Positions 1 through 13,800 of a DNA stretch of 64,000 bases are shown piece by piece; the first letter of the stretch is position 1; each line of letters starts with the position of its first letter. The notes under the pieces are model-generated. The model was not told the DNA's origin. It did no database searches and was given only the letters and a program-made list of their open reading frames with translations. A program made the translations under genes and the position numbers. This stretch comes from Monocercomonoides exilis PA203. Its lineage: Eukaryota > Protista > Preaxostyla. The DNA is taken from NCBI GenBank assembly GCA_001643675.2, contig LSRY02000054.1:62001-126000 (forward strand). Direction: 5' to 3'.

Positions 1-1799
1 GAGAAGGAATTGAAGACACTGATTGCATTGTCGAAATTGCATAAGAAGATGATGAGTATGCAGAAGGCGCCGTTCAACGAGGTGATTGAAAAGCAGTAGA
101 TTTCGCTTGCGCAAAAGAAGCAGGAGAAGATGAATAATTCAGCTTCATATGAAGAGATTGCTTAATGAATGTCTGGTTGAGTGAAGAAGCTGGAAGAGAA
201 TGTGGTGCAAGAACACTTTGGATGGAGCAGGGAGGAAGGGAATAGGAGAAAGGGGCAAGGGAGATGGATGAAGGAAGGAGGAGGAAAAGGAACAGAAGCT
301 AATGCGTAGAATACGAGGAATCAGAGGAGTGTGAGAAGGCAGTTGAAAGAATTGCAAGCGCGCTGTATGGGATTCCGCTGTCGCCGCACAACAATCCGAA
401 GAGAGAGCGGGATGATTGGATGCATACTGTCGTTCCAACAGTGGCAAAGAAAGGTGAAGGGAAGGCGACTGTTGTGCAGCGGATGTTCATGCTTCTTGAG
501 CAGACGACAGACAGCAGAGGCAGTGAAGAGTCGGAATGGCCTGTGACTTCGCCTGGTGGATCGGGGGCAGGGCTGTCTAGCGCAGGCGACGTGCCTTTGC
601 AGGCTGGGTCAACAGCGAGGGAGAGGCCGATGAGTGCAGTGTCGGGGTCGCTGGAACAGGAAACGTGTAAATCAGCACATGTGCTTCGGGTGCCACACTC
701 GCGGAGGTCATCCGTGCAAATGAAGCGTTTGTTGAATTTGCTGAAGATAGGTCTGCAGCCGCAGCTAGTGTGGACGCTGATGTAGATTCTGTGGATATTC
801 GGATTCAAGATTGCAACAGACTAGGGTGGGTGTAGTCTCTTGCGGGCAGGGGCGGGTGCGGGGAGGAAGGGGTTTGGGGACTTTGTGGACATGTGGCTGG
901 GGGAGAAGCAAGCGGTGCAGAAGAAGAGCGATGCGGTGCTGTGAGCAAGGATACATGGGAAGAACTGTTCCGGAAGGACTTTTCAGAGATGGAACTGTTT
1001 AAGGAATTTGCGATGAAAAAGTTTACTTGAGGTGAATTGAAGTTTTCCTGCAAATTGAATGGTGTTTGAAGGGGTGAAGGAAAAGAGATTAAAATGTCTT
1101 TTGGTTGTTTGAGTGGATGCTGTTGGAGAAGACGTATGCAGATACCTCTATGTTTGTGGTGTTTTTACTGAATAACTTCAGGGAAGAAGCAGCTTCCTTA
1201 TATTTGCGATGAAGCTTACCAGTTATAGCCTTTATTGCAGTCTTTGAATTATGTGATTGTGAAGGCGCCAAGATGGTGTTGGTCAACTTGGAGTTTAAGT
1301 TTCATTCAGTATCGAAGGTGATGTGTGAATGGTTTGGGCTGAAGCAACATGCGTAGATTCTTCAGTCGGTGGAAGAGAAGAAAGAATAACGGTGGGCGTT
1401 GTTCCATATTGTGCGGCTGCTGGAAGGGATGGTGAGGCTGCATCTGTGAAGGACATGCAGTCAATGGTGGAGAAAAATGAAGGACAGTGTGCGCTTGTGC
1501 ACTTCGTGAGAGATGAAGTTACACAAGAAAATGGCATTGTAGATGGAGTGAAAGAATAATTTTACAATAATTCATCAACATCTGTTTCTTCATCGCTGTT
1601 GAAAACAAATACTGAATGGAAAGTGAGGAAGATAAACAATGCGCTCCGATCATTTGGTGGATATTGGATGTGATCAACCATCAAATTATCAAAACAATAT
1701 TTTCATCAGCGTTTTCACTCGTCGTAACCATCTTCTTTTTCCCTCTATTCCTTCTTTTTGCAATGAAACTTGATCATTTTTAAAGAATTTGAGGGAAGA

Positions 1800-2008
1800 A
1801 GAAGGAGAAGAAGGAGATGAAGAAGGATTTGAAATAGAAGAAGAAGAAGTAGTAGAAGAAGAGGAAGAGGAAGAGGAAGAGGAAGAGGAAGAGGAAGAGG
1901 AAGAGGAAGAGGAAGAGGAAGAAGAGGAAGAGGAAGAAGAGGAAGAGGAAGAGGAAGAGGAAGAAGAGGAAGAGGAAGAGGAAAAAGAGGAAGAGGAAGA
2001 GGAAGAGA
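1800..2008. repeat. (GAAGAG)n / purine-only microsatellite tract
   Basis: Near-pure GAGGAA hexamer run from ~1858 to 2007. It reads as poly-Ser on the minus strand and poly-Glu on the plus strand. Confidence 0.95.
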
Positions 2009-2029
2009 AGCCAAAAGAATTGAAGCTAC

Positions 2030-2889
2030 TTACGAATTCCTTGAGCAATTCTTGAATGAGGAGCTTCCAATGGAAATTGATCCAGAAGTTGAATCATTTA
2101 TTGAAAAAATACATCCATCATGCAATTTCACTCCATCTGTATCAATTCCATTGAACACAACTTTTTTGTTCCGATCAATCTCAAATGCATTTGCCATTGC
2201 CCTGATATTTTCCAGTTTCGCATTTGTAATATTTAATACATCTCCATTTAGCAGAAATGAAGGTTTCTTGAATGAAAGTATTGAAATTGAGCAGTTGTCA
2301 ACATGACGAATTCCATTTGCAATGCTCAGCAACGATGAGTTGAGAACAAGAGGTTGAATGCTGTTTGACTCACCAACTGATGAAAAATCAACAGATGAAA
2401 GAGATAGCTGGACGTTTGCTTCATGGATAATGGAATTTGCTGAATATGAAAAAAACCGACCAAAATTGAATTTCAATCTCTCTATCCAAACTTTCTCTGA
2501 GGTTGAGATAAGATTTCCCTCATTGATATTAATTGTTGGGTTAAGATGGACTAGAGCAGCTGAGGAAGATTGCAATGAGCAGATGATCAAATCGTTTGCT
2601 TCTTATTTCCCAATAATAACCGTCTCCTTCGAGATCAACAGATGCGAATATGATGAAGAAATGATGTGTAACAATCCAACATCCATTGATTGATAAGGTA
2701 TACTGAACTCTCCACATTTCTTGATGTTTGTGTGATAGTCTGCAACTGAAGACACAAATATCGTCTCGCTCTGATATTTCATCACCCTCAGAAGAAGATC
2801 TTCTTTCCTCACAAATGAGTCTGAAGCGCAGCCCCAAATAACCATTTCTTTCATGTCAGGCTCTCTGATAGTACTGCGAATTTGCCAAG
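2030..2889 (-). pseudogene. Degenerate fragment of a large expanded surface/beta-helix-like protein family
   Basis: ORFs 2603..2854 and 2030..2590 are in the same frame, separated by one stop. They contain DLLLRVMKYQSETIFVSS...KKCGEFSIP and Ser/Asn/Ile-rich beta-helix-like segments (SSFKNCS). The frame is lost at ~2030. A probable GT..TTTTAG intron lies at 2956-2890. Confidence 0.55.
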
Positions 2890-3365
2890 CTAAAAAAAAT
2901 GAACAATATTATTTGAATTATTAAATAAAACATTCAAATAAAAGCTGAATGAAAACCTTTTGATATGTATGTTTTCCATCTTTGTCAAACTTGTGGGAGT
3001 AATCTACGCATAATTTCAAATTCCAGGCACATTCTATGCAATGAAAATTTTAAATCAGATAAGAATTTCATCTATCAACGAATCTCAATTTTTTGATGAA
3101 AGAAAATCGAAACACACCTTGTTCATTTCATTAATAAACAATTGCAAAGTTGTTCAATCAAGTGAAACTCTTTTTCGTTGAAAAAATGAAATTTCAATTT
3201 TGATCAAAAAATTTGATACATAATTTTTTGAAAAAAATTACATCTTCTCATTAAGAAGTTTGTTATGAGCCAACAACCATCGTTGTGAAATTAATAAGTT
3301 ATCATTTGTATTATGGGAACGGAGTGTTTTTTATTAACTTTCATGGGACATTTTTTTGATCTGTG

Positions 3366-3389
3366 GCGACTTTTCAAAAAGAATTACCC
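3366..3389. mobile_element. Right terminus remnant of the 240-bp foldback element (subfamily A)
   Basis: GCGACTTTTCAAAAAGAATTACCC followed by ATAT matches the right ends at 47046, 57306 and 58527. No intact left end is visible. Confidence 0.6.
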
Positions 3390-6307
3390 ATATATAGAAA
3401 AATAAATAAAGACCAAACTGCGCTTCGGCTGTATTTTGCCAACAGCTTCATTTCCACAGCCATCATCGTTCAAAATAATTCAATCTCTTCATTTCAGTTT
3501 CAGAATGGCTGAATGCAGCATGGAATGCATCTTCACAAAAATTTTCATATATCTCGCTGGAGGGTCTTTTCAGCCCGTACACATTGTGATGGATGTCCAG
3601 AGGTGTTTTTTCTGTTTTTGGCATGATCCTCTCCTTTAATAATATTCTCAAATACCCAAAGAAGTATTTGATGTTTATCTCATCAACACCCTGCACAGGA
3701 GGGATATGGGGCAGAGAAGAGATGGAAGAGGATTATTTGTGGGAGAGGGCAGGAGCTGCGTATTTTATGGAATGCAAATATTTCAAGAGAGATTATTTGA
3801 ATGGAGGAAATTCTGAGGCAAAGTGGTGGGGAAGAGTGGGTGGAGATTTGGAGAAGATAATGAAATAAATATATATAGAAGTGGCTGAGGATGATGAAGA
3901 AGATATTTGAGACATTTTGGAGAAATGGAATTTAAAGAGAAAGAAAACAGGGCTAAAGTTTGTTAGAAGAGGAAAATTGAGAAATGTTCGAATGGAAGAG
4001 GGGTAATTTTTGTGAGGAGAAGATTATTTGGAAGAGACTGCAAAAGATGAAGAAAAGGAAGGGATTGATATTTTTTAAGAAGTTTGTGAGCTGGATGAAA
4101 AAGGGGAATGAAAAGGAAAAGAAAATGAGAGATATTATCATTTTCAATTTAGAAAAGAAAAGACTGGGAAGTCACAGAAAGAGGACAAATGACTTCGAGG
4201 GAATCCGACTTCATTGATTGATTATAGAACATCAGCCAAAATATTTGCAGTTTGGGTTTTTGTCTCGTTGCGAAGGAAACTTGTTTTATACGACGTTGCA
4301 TCAATCACCAACATCATGCAAAAATATCAACTTCTTCTCGAAATTTATTGGAATATAAATGGATTTCTCAATCATCTTGTCTTCTTCACCTTCTTCTTTT
4401 GTGCCTCATCTCGCTTCGTGATGGATAAGAACATTGATCTTCTGATTCATTTATTTCTTTCAATTTGGAAGAACAACTTTTCAAACCAAAAGTTATTTAT
4501 TTCTGTTTCTTTTCTCTCAACATCACTATCATCGTTATCAATGCATTCTGCAGCTTCGCTATTTGTGCATTTGAACTGTTTTTTCTTCCCCAGAGGCGTA
4601 TTCCGCTCTGCTTCAGCATTTCATATGGCTTCCGCGCTCCGACTGTGCTGAACGGAGTGAATGTGGTGAATGGGAATCGCACGAGAAATAGTAGTGGGAG
4701 GGGGAAGGAGTTTCAATGCACATTGCGTTCATCTGCTCGCTTTATGACACCGCCAAGAAGCGAAGAGAAAGAAGTTCAAGTTCAAATGGAAGAAGCAAAG
4801 AAGATGGATTTCAGAAGCAAGTTAAGCGTGGAGACGAGGAAAGGAAGACAGCAGGAAGAGCCAAAGGCGAAGACGAAGACGAAGGAGAAAGACGAGTTTT
4901 GCACAATGCAAATTAACGCTTTCGACACAAGGTTTCCACATGTAGAAACAGAAAGGAGGAGGAGGGACATGAGAAGAGAAGAAGAAGGAGGTGACAATCA
5001 TGATGAACAGCAGCAGTTATTTTGCTCATTTGAGCAAACTCTCATCTATCCAGTTGCACACTCAAAACACCACAGCCTCTTCGACAATTGCCTTCCCTCC
5101 ATTTTCTCCCTTGCTACACGCCCAATTATCTGCCACTTCTCTGCTTGTTGGTACTCCATTGCCTCCAGCCACAGACACCTCATCACTCACACAGAAGTCC
5201 TTCTACACAACTGGACCAAGCTCATCTTCTTTATCTCCTTCTTCTTTTTCTTCTTCCTTTTCTCATTCTCATTATCTTCTTCTCATTATCCTCCTTCAAA
5301 TTCATTTCTTTCTTCCTCTTCTTCCTCCTCCTCCTCTTCTTTTTCTTCCTTCGGCCACCTCTTCAATCACACAGAACCGGCTGATCTTTTCTTCAAGGAA
5401 AGAGTTCGCATGCGGAAGTTTGTTGATTTCTGCGTGCCAAGTTGACGCCGCTCGTGGAACAGCTGAACTTGTTGAAGTAGTTGAGAAAGAAGGTGTTCAT
5501 GAGAGAAGTGAGGTGTAATATACAGAGGTTGCGGAAAATGAGACTGGAAACGAAGGTATGGTTGAGGAAGAAGGAGCTGGCTGAAAGGAGAAGATAACAA
5601 AGAAAATGAACGAAGCGAATTCGCAGAAAATGCTCAATTAGTTCTTTTTTCGTATGAGAAATGATTTAGCAATGTAATGAAACATTGAATATGAAAACAT
5701 TGGAGGATAAAGAAGAAAACACGTGCAACATTATCAAATGTGGGATTCATATGAAGTGGAATAGAAGCGGAAGAAAGATGGGAAGCGGATGGAGAATAAA
5801 TCAAAAATAATTTCATAAGAAGAATGAAGAAAGAAAACTCCAAATTGACTCTGCTGAGATCGTCCATTGTTATTTCCTTTCCATTTGGTTCATTATTATT
5901 ATAAATCGTTGAACTGAACTACTGGAGCAGGAACTTGGTGATGATGTTTCAGAGACATAAATATAAAACACATTTTATAAAATTTAGAATAAACTTATTA
6001 TATATGTTCATATCTGTCTATTTAATTTAAAACATATTATTTTGTTCAACAAGAAATGAAACTTGTCATTATATTTTCATATTTATTTATTCATTTTTTT
6101 ATATTTTGTCAATTCTTATAAAACTTGATCAAAAAATTCTTTTTCACCAAAAACATTATAAAGGTATGTTTTTTTTGCATATTTAAATAAAATAAATATA
6201 TTTAACAGAAATAAAAGCTAAATACTTGTAAAAAAACAATAAAACTCTTTGATCATTAAATAACATAAAAGATTTTATTTTTTCTGTTTTTGATCTTTTT
6301 TTATGTA

Positions 6308-6666
6308 GTGTGTCACAAATCCGGGACATGTCACAAATCCGGGAAAGTGCATAAATTTCAGCTTTTATAAAACTGTTCACTTATTCATTTGTTTCAAATC
6401 AAATGAAGGAAGCATTTGAAGTTATAAGAATAACTTTTTTAATAATACTGTGTTCTCAAAAACTATTTTTCTTCAAATTTCGTGTTTGAGATAAAATATG
6501 AAGAAAAAGGGTTTTTGCAAACACAGTATTATTAAAAAAGTTATTCTTTTAACTTCAAATGTTTCCTTTATTTGATTTGAAACAAATGAATAAGTGAACA
6601 GTTTTATAAAAGCTGAAATTTATGCACTTTCCCGGATTTGTGACATGTCCCGGATTTGTGACACAC
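6308..6666. mobile_element. TA-flanked foldback MITE (Tc1/mariner-like), 359 bp
   Basis: TA-GTGTGTCACAAATCCGGGACATGTCACAAATCCGGG...CCCGGATTTGTGACATGTCCCGGATTTGTGACACAC-TA. The arms are ~145 bp and nearly perfect, with an 18-bp tandem repeat at each terminus. Confidence 0.88.
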
Positions 6667-7866
6667 TATGGTGTGTAAAAAAATCACCCATTTATCTAAA
6701 ATAGTCCATCAAGCTTTAACTCTTTTGAAATAAGTAAATTCAAATCTATTTGTTGCGAGAATAAGTGCATTGTGGAGAAATTTTATTGTTTGATTTTTTG
6801 ACAAAAATGATCAAATTATGTTCTATTTTATTCAACCAAAATATCCAACATTTGCGACTTTTCAACAAGATAAACCCATGGATTAAAAATTTTTTATTAT
6901 CTTTTCAATATCACAACAAAGAAATAATCAACATTAATGTTTGCACATTTCAAAAAAATGAAATTCAAAAATATCACAAAAAAGGTGTTTGAAATCTGTT
7001 TTTTTGACACAGATTGAAAGCTATAAGAAGAAGTTATACATTATGTATCACCAGCTTCTTGGGAGATCTCCAATTGGCTTGTAAATATCCTTTCAAATTT
7101 TGCAAATATTCGAAATTTCTATTCAATAATTGAATTAAAATACAAAATCAAACAACAAAATTATTTTCTGAAACAAACAAGAAAGTATTGTAAATGAAAT
7201 GAATTTCATAAGAAACTTTTCATTTATTTGCATCTTCAAAAAAGTTAAAATAACAATTGGATCATTTTTTTCCATTTAAGAAAATAATAACGATTTGTTC
7301 CATACGTTTTCTTAAATGTCATCATTATTAATCTTTCATTATAATGTTAAGAAATACAGAAAAATAAAACAAATGAGAAATAATAGGAAATAACATCGAA
7401 TGGAACTAATTCATATTTCAAATAATGTTGTTCCAATTTGAAAATAAGTCCCATGAAAAATATAACATATGAAATTCTTTTTTTTGAATCGTTAGAAAAA
7501 CATTGATAACAAACAGATATAACTGATAATTGAATGTTTTTATTTCATTATTACACACCTCTTTTTAAGAAATTTGAATCAAATTTCAATTAAATGTTCA
7601 CAACTTTAACATTTAAAACAAAATTAAGATGATAAAAATACAATTTTATTTGTTTAAAAAAGATAATCAAATCGTGAAAACTTCGAAATGAAAGAAATAT
7701 CACTTATAAAAAAATGCGATTACATTTTTCTCATCAAACTGAAAAGTGAAAAACATTAAACAATTGTTTCATAGTGCATCCAATAAAAAAAGAATAAAAA
7801 TAGCATAAACACAATAAATATCCCATTATAACAATTAACAATAACATAACAGCAAAATTTTCAGCT

Positions 7867-10800
7867 TCATTTCTGAACAAATGCTTTGCTGGAATCAAAT
7901 GAAGTCGATGAGCCTGTAGAATTAGAAGAAGATTTCTCATCAAGCAAGGAAGTTGATTTGCGAGAATATGAAGTTGAATTGGACAAAATTGTGGGAGGAG
8001 GGGAGCGATGGCTAGGCATCGTTTTGCTCATTCCAGAATGAGAGGTCAAATTTGATTTTGTTGAAGATGCAAAAACCGAAGAAGGAGATGCTGCATTGCT
8101 TGATCCTCTCATAGTCTTTGACGAAGAAGGCGTTGAAAAGGTTGATGAAGAGGTAGAAGTGGACGAAGAGTGCGTAGAAGAACTTTGAGGAACAGAAGAT
8201 ACTAAAGTAGATGCAACTGGATTCCACTGGAGAAAAGGAGAAGAAAGATCAGAAGACGAAGGCGGATGGAATGGCTGGCTCATCGACATTGAGCGGTAGT
8301 GCCGTGTGGAAGGCGTTGGCGATGCCAGAAAGGAGGCTTGACGAGGAAGCATTTTGCGAGGTGTGTCCTCTTTGTTGACAAGAAGAGAGGAAGTCAGAGG
8401 GGTGTGCTCGAAAGAGAAGCTGGAATGACCCTGTGGAGTAGACAACAATGAAGTAGATGATGCAGAAGAGGAGGAAGATGAAGAGGAGGAGGAAGAAGAA
8501 GAAGATGAAGAAGATAACATCTGAGAGGAATTTGTGGGAGTTGACAAACCGAATGATGTTATTGGTGAAGAAGCAGGCACCGCATAGGAGCGAGTGCGAC
8601 TGTGCATAAAAGAGCTGCCGAGCAAGTTGTGCTGTCGTGTGTGAGCAGCAGCAGTATGAGAAGAGGAAGAATGGATAGATGACTTGTGGAAGGAAGGAGA
8701 GGCAAGAGACTGATAAGAAGGAGAATGGACAAGACGCGGCTGGTGTGCAGATGTTGGAGAATGCGAAGACATGGCAATTGGTTGTCTTGCCATTTTTTGC
8801 AGTTCTGACTGTCTCATTGGAGAGAGCTTGTTGAGCTTCAAAGTATGTGAAGAAGAAGAAGAAGAAGAAGAAGAAGAAGAAGAAGAAGAAGAAGAATAAG
8901 GAGATGATGATGATGATTCACCAGAAGCTGCATGCATTGAACCTCCAATAGTTTCTTCAGCATTTGAACCTTTTGTGTTTGCGGAAGTGACTTGAGAAAG
9001 CAAATTCTTCTCTTTCACTTGTGAAACAGAAGCACTAGTGCTTGTTTCATTCTTTATATCCTGTTGATTTGAAGCACCTTCATTTGAGTGCTCATTGGCT
9101 GTACTTGTCTTTTGAGATGAAGACTCAGCTGGAGATGAAGGAAGCACCAAAGATGGGAAAGAGGAAGGCGACAGAACAGAATGTACAGAAGCAGACGCTG
9201 TTGAATGCGAAATATCAGACAAAGAATCAAATGTCTCAGAAGAAGCAGCACCTGAACGATCACTTTGTGCTGAAGGAGACATGAGCGATTTTGAGGAGCC
9301 TTTTGCGTTTGGTGAACAAACAACATTTCCTTCATTTTGTTTCTTTTCTCCTGTTTTGTGCAGAATGCTCATGAATTCTGATGGATCGACAGAACTCATC
9401 TGATAAGGAGAAGAAAGAAGATTATTGGAAAACACATTTGATGAAGCAAATGCTGGAACAGATCCGACAGATGTTGAAGATGAAGAGGAAGAGGAAGAGG
9501 AAGAAGAAGAAGAATCCTGCTCAGAAGAGACAGACACCCTCCTCCGATCAGCTTTCTCTTGTGTCAGCAAAATGGGTGCAGTGACAGCAACAGATGGACC
9601 ATACAGCCCAAAAGAGGAGGAAGACGAGGAAGGAGAGGCAGACAGCGATGGACTGTGTAGTATGCTTTGTGTGTTTTTGGAGTGTGTTCCCACAATGACA
9701 GCATCCATCGGTTCAGAAGAGAGCACTCCATCACCGCTGGGGAAGAGAATTCTGCGTGCAGCTGCGGGTGTCTGTGGATCAGGTGAAGGAGAATGAGAAT
9801 TGGATGGAGAGAAGGAAGGAGAAGGCGTTGTTGACTGAGTAGGAGAGATGGAGAAGTCAACAGAAGGAATCGAAGGATAAGGATGATGCGGTTGTGGATG
9901 AGGCGATTTTGAAGTGAAAGCACTTGGAATGCTTTCACTTGCATCAGATTCAGTGCTATCGAATACTCTGTTGGCTGATGGATTCTCCTGAAACACTGTC
10001 TGAGATGGCTCTAATGGCTGCTTCTGTGAAGAAGATGAATAGGAAGAGGCAGACAAAGCATTTGCGAGATTGGCTTTGGAGATGAGAGAGGAAGAAGCAT
10101 TAGATGCAATGGGCGCAGTGTGCGATGTCTTGGATGAGCCATCAGTTGGAAGAGAAGAGAGAGAAGAGAGAGTTGTGTCTGTTGCCACAGAAGGAACAGA
10201 AGAAACGCAATTTCTGTCTCCTTCGCTTGTGTGAGCAGAAGAGGACGAAGAAGAAGACAGATCGACAGGAGAGGAAGAAGGAGAAGCGAGTGAAGGAGAC
10301 AAATAAATAGGAGTGGATGAATTGCGTGAAGAAGTTGGTGAAGCTCTCACATCTCCATCAACACTGTTCAACAATGCAGCAAGTGATGGAGATATGCCAG
10401 AAGGAGGGGCAGGTGCAGATGAGGAAGAGGAGGAGGAAGAGGTTGATGCACCTTCTGTGTTTGAAGATGAACTGTAAGAGAAAGAAGTGTCTGTAGGTGA
10501 GTTTGATGGAGAAGGGCTGACAAAAGGAAAATGACTGAAAGCAGAAATAGATTCAGAGGCAGGAGACAGCATCATTCCATTTAATGAGGTTGTGTTGCAA
10601 TATGACTCAGAGACAGAATATGAATCACTCTGAACAGATGCCGACTGAGAGGAAGGTGGGTAGTTGTGGTGGCTGTCACTTGTGGAAGAAGAAGAAGAAG
10701 AAGAAGATGATGATGATGATGAAGGATAAGGCATAAGAGTTACACCTACATCATCTTGTATCACAGGAAGATGCATCTTTGGTTTATTGAACACATGCGA

Positions 10801-13800
10801 TGAATGAGAATGTTGCTGTTTAGCTGACTTTAGAGAAGAAGAAGTTGGAGAAGAGGAAGGAGAAGTGCTTGTATCAAATGATGAATCCGATAAATGAAGA
10901 GACTGCTGCGAATGAACAATAACAGAGGAAGGAGTTGAGCTGGCTGAGGGATAAGAAGAGTCAGATGTTGACAGAACAGTCACAGCAGAGGCATCTGAAT
11001 GGGAAAGGGCGGCTGCAGAAAACTGTCTCGATGCAGATGAGAGGAAAGGAGTCTCCAAAGAGATGGCAGCAGTATTTGAGGGAGAATGAGAGGGAGAAGG
11101 CAAAGAAGGTGGGAGTGGAGCATGTTGAGATGTGTCTTGTGCCCCATTCACATCAAAGTTCTGAGAGAGAGTGGAAGAATCAACTGTGCTGAGGGTGGAG
11201 GAGGAGCTGGTGGAGAGAGTAGATGCATTTGTTACAAGAGAGCCAAAGTTGGATGAGTTGAATGGAGGAAATGCATTCACATTCTGTTTGTTTGTGGGAG
11301 AAAAGCAGATTGTCTGTCTGCGAACAAGGGGAGGAGAAGCAACAGGAGAGGATTGCTTGAGAGATGAGGATAAATTGAATGGAGAATGAGAATGGAAAGA
11401 TGGAATGGATGCAACAGGAGATGAATATGTTGAGTTCAGATTTGAACCAAATGAAGATGAAAAAGAAGAGGAAGAAGAAAAAGAGGAAGAAGAGGATGAT
11501 GAGGAAGAAGAAGATGAGGAAGATGATGAAGCACCAAAGATGCGATGAGATTGCATGTTCTGGAAAGGATCGTTTGCAGGGAGAGAAGGCGGAGGAATCG
11601 GAATCTGCCCATTGTGAGTGCTCTTTCCATGCAGCATTGCTGGCAGCTCCAGCTGTTGAGGCAGCAACAATCCTGTCTTCCCCTTCTTTTTCTCTTCTTC
11701 GGCGTCTGAAAGCGAGCGAGGGCGCTGAGGAATAGACACAAATGGCATGTTTCGAGGCATCCCAAATGGCTGAAATGGATTCTGTGCGAAGCGTGTTCTG
11801 TTGCCAATGCTGAAACCAGAGACAATTCCGCTGCCTCCTCCAAAAATGGTTGTTTGTCTCTTTCTGTGGAAGGAGGAGGACATTGTTGACAAAGAAGGAG
11901 GAGTAATGGAAGATGAAGAGCATGAGGCAGAGGCAGAGGAGGAGGAAGAGGAAGAAGAAGATGATGATGCAGAAGATGTTGAAGATGAAAGAGGAGATTG
12001 GAAGAAAGGAGAGAAAGTTGAAGGTGATGCAGCGAGTGTGGAAGATGCAGCCATCAGTCCAAAAGGAGTTCCATTCTGTACGTCTCCTCTCATTTGTCCA
12101 ATGATCCTCTGTCTGAGTGTCCCTCCCATCTGCTCTTTTCTCGCCACAAATGGAATTCGAATGGTTCCAACTCTGTTTTTGTTGTCAAACAAAGAAATGT
12201 ATTTATAGTCCTTAAGCTCCTTCTGAATATCGCCAAATGATTTGTGTTTCTTCATTCCATCTCCAATCGGAGGAGAATTCAAGTCTTCTTCTTCTTCTTC
12301 TTCTTCTTCCTCTTCCTCTGTCTCCTCTTCTTCTGTATATTCTTCATCCTCTTCTTCATCTTCATCTTCGTATTCATCCTCTTCTTCATACTCTTCGTCT
12401 TCATCAATTTCTTTTGTTTCTTCTTCTTCCTCCTCCTCATCATCATCTTCACTTTCAACTTCATATTCATCGTCATCCTCTTCATTATCATCCTCGCTCA
12501 TCTCTTCTGACTCCTCACTAGATGTCTCGTAAGACTGCCATTCTGTCGACTCTTTGTCTGACTCTAATTCTGGACTGGGAACAATCAAGCTTTCTGTTGG
12601 ATGCATTTCATCATTTGCATCCATCTCTCCATCTTCATATGACTCTCTCTGTCCTTCCTTTCTGAATGGCGCTCCAATGATGATGTTCCCTCCTCCTTCT
12701 CTTCCTTCTTCATCTTCTCTTTCTCTTTCTCTTTCTCTCTCTTCTTCCTCTCCTTCATCCAACTCTCTCTGATTTGCAGGTCTCTGCTTTACTGATGCTA
12801 TAACTTCTGAGAATGGAGAGATCAGCTGCTGAGAAGACAGAACAAGAGGCGAATGGCAGATATAAGGAGAAGCTGGCTGCTGTCTCTCGTTGAGTGAGGA
12901 AGAAGGAGAATTGGTTGGTGTCTGTGAATGCGATCGTGATCGAGACGGTGTGTGAGATCTCGAACGAGATTTGGAGGCAGAATTCTTGCTGCTACACGAG
13001 GCACTTCTGCTGACTGAGCGAGAACGAGGTGTCAACGTCTTCTCTTCTAACATTCTGTTTGAATGAGTACGAGCCATATGAGTCACATGAGACACATCAT
13101 TCACTGATTCATTCATGCTATTTGATGAGATATCCAACACATTTCTCTTAACAGAAGGAGACGGACTTTTTGGAGATATGGATGTAGCAACAGGATAAAG
13201 TTCTTTTTTGCTTTCTTCTCCTTCTCTCTCTGTTGTTGCTTCTGTTTCTTCGCTTTCTGTGACCCACTCCCATTCCCACTCATCTTCATCTGTCACATCT
13301 CCATATTCATTCTGTACACTTCTCAAACTTTTGTCAGAAGACATTTTGAGAAGATGGCGCGAATCATCAGATGTTGGTGAGCATAAAGATGATGATGCTA
13401 ACAATGAAGGTGTTGATGTTGACGATGAAGAGGATGAGGAAGAAGCCAAACCAGATCTTTTGGATACAAACATATCTCTTGGCTTGATCAGTTCTGTTGA
13501 GCTGTTTGCTCTGCGCTGTCTGATACGAGATGGAAGCAGAGAGAGAGGTTTGAGTGGAGGAAGAGGAACAAATGGATCAGCAATTGTCAATGTTGTTGTT
13601 TTGAACTCATCTTTTGCATTCTGATCAGATGGACCATTTGCAGATTTGAAAGGATCTTTTGTTTCATTGTTGTCTGTTTTCAATGCAAAAAGAGAATTCT
13701 TGTCAGAAAGATGAGAATGCAAAGAAGAAGTTGACTGGCTTTTAGTTGGCTTCTTTTGATCTTTCAAATGCTGGCTTGATTCAACTTTTGGCTTTGGTAG

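Noticed and set aside
1-1560. GC-richer coding-like segment, possibly a retroelement or gene remnant
   Set aside because: There are stops in all frames and I found no RT, gag or integrase motif I can support.
4465-5445. 326-aa ORF
   Set aside because: It has a TTG start, patchwork composition and no recognisable motif. It is probably a chance frame across decayed fragments.
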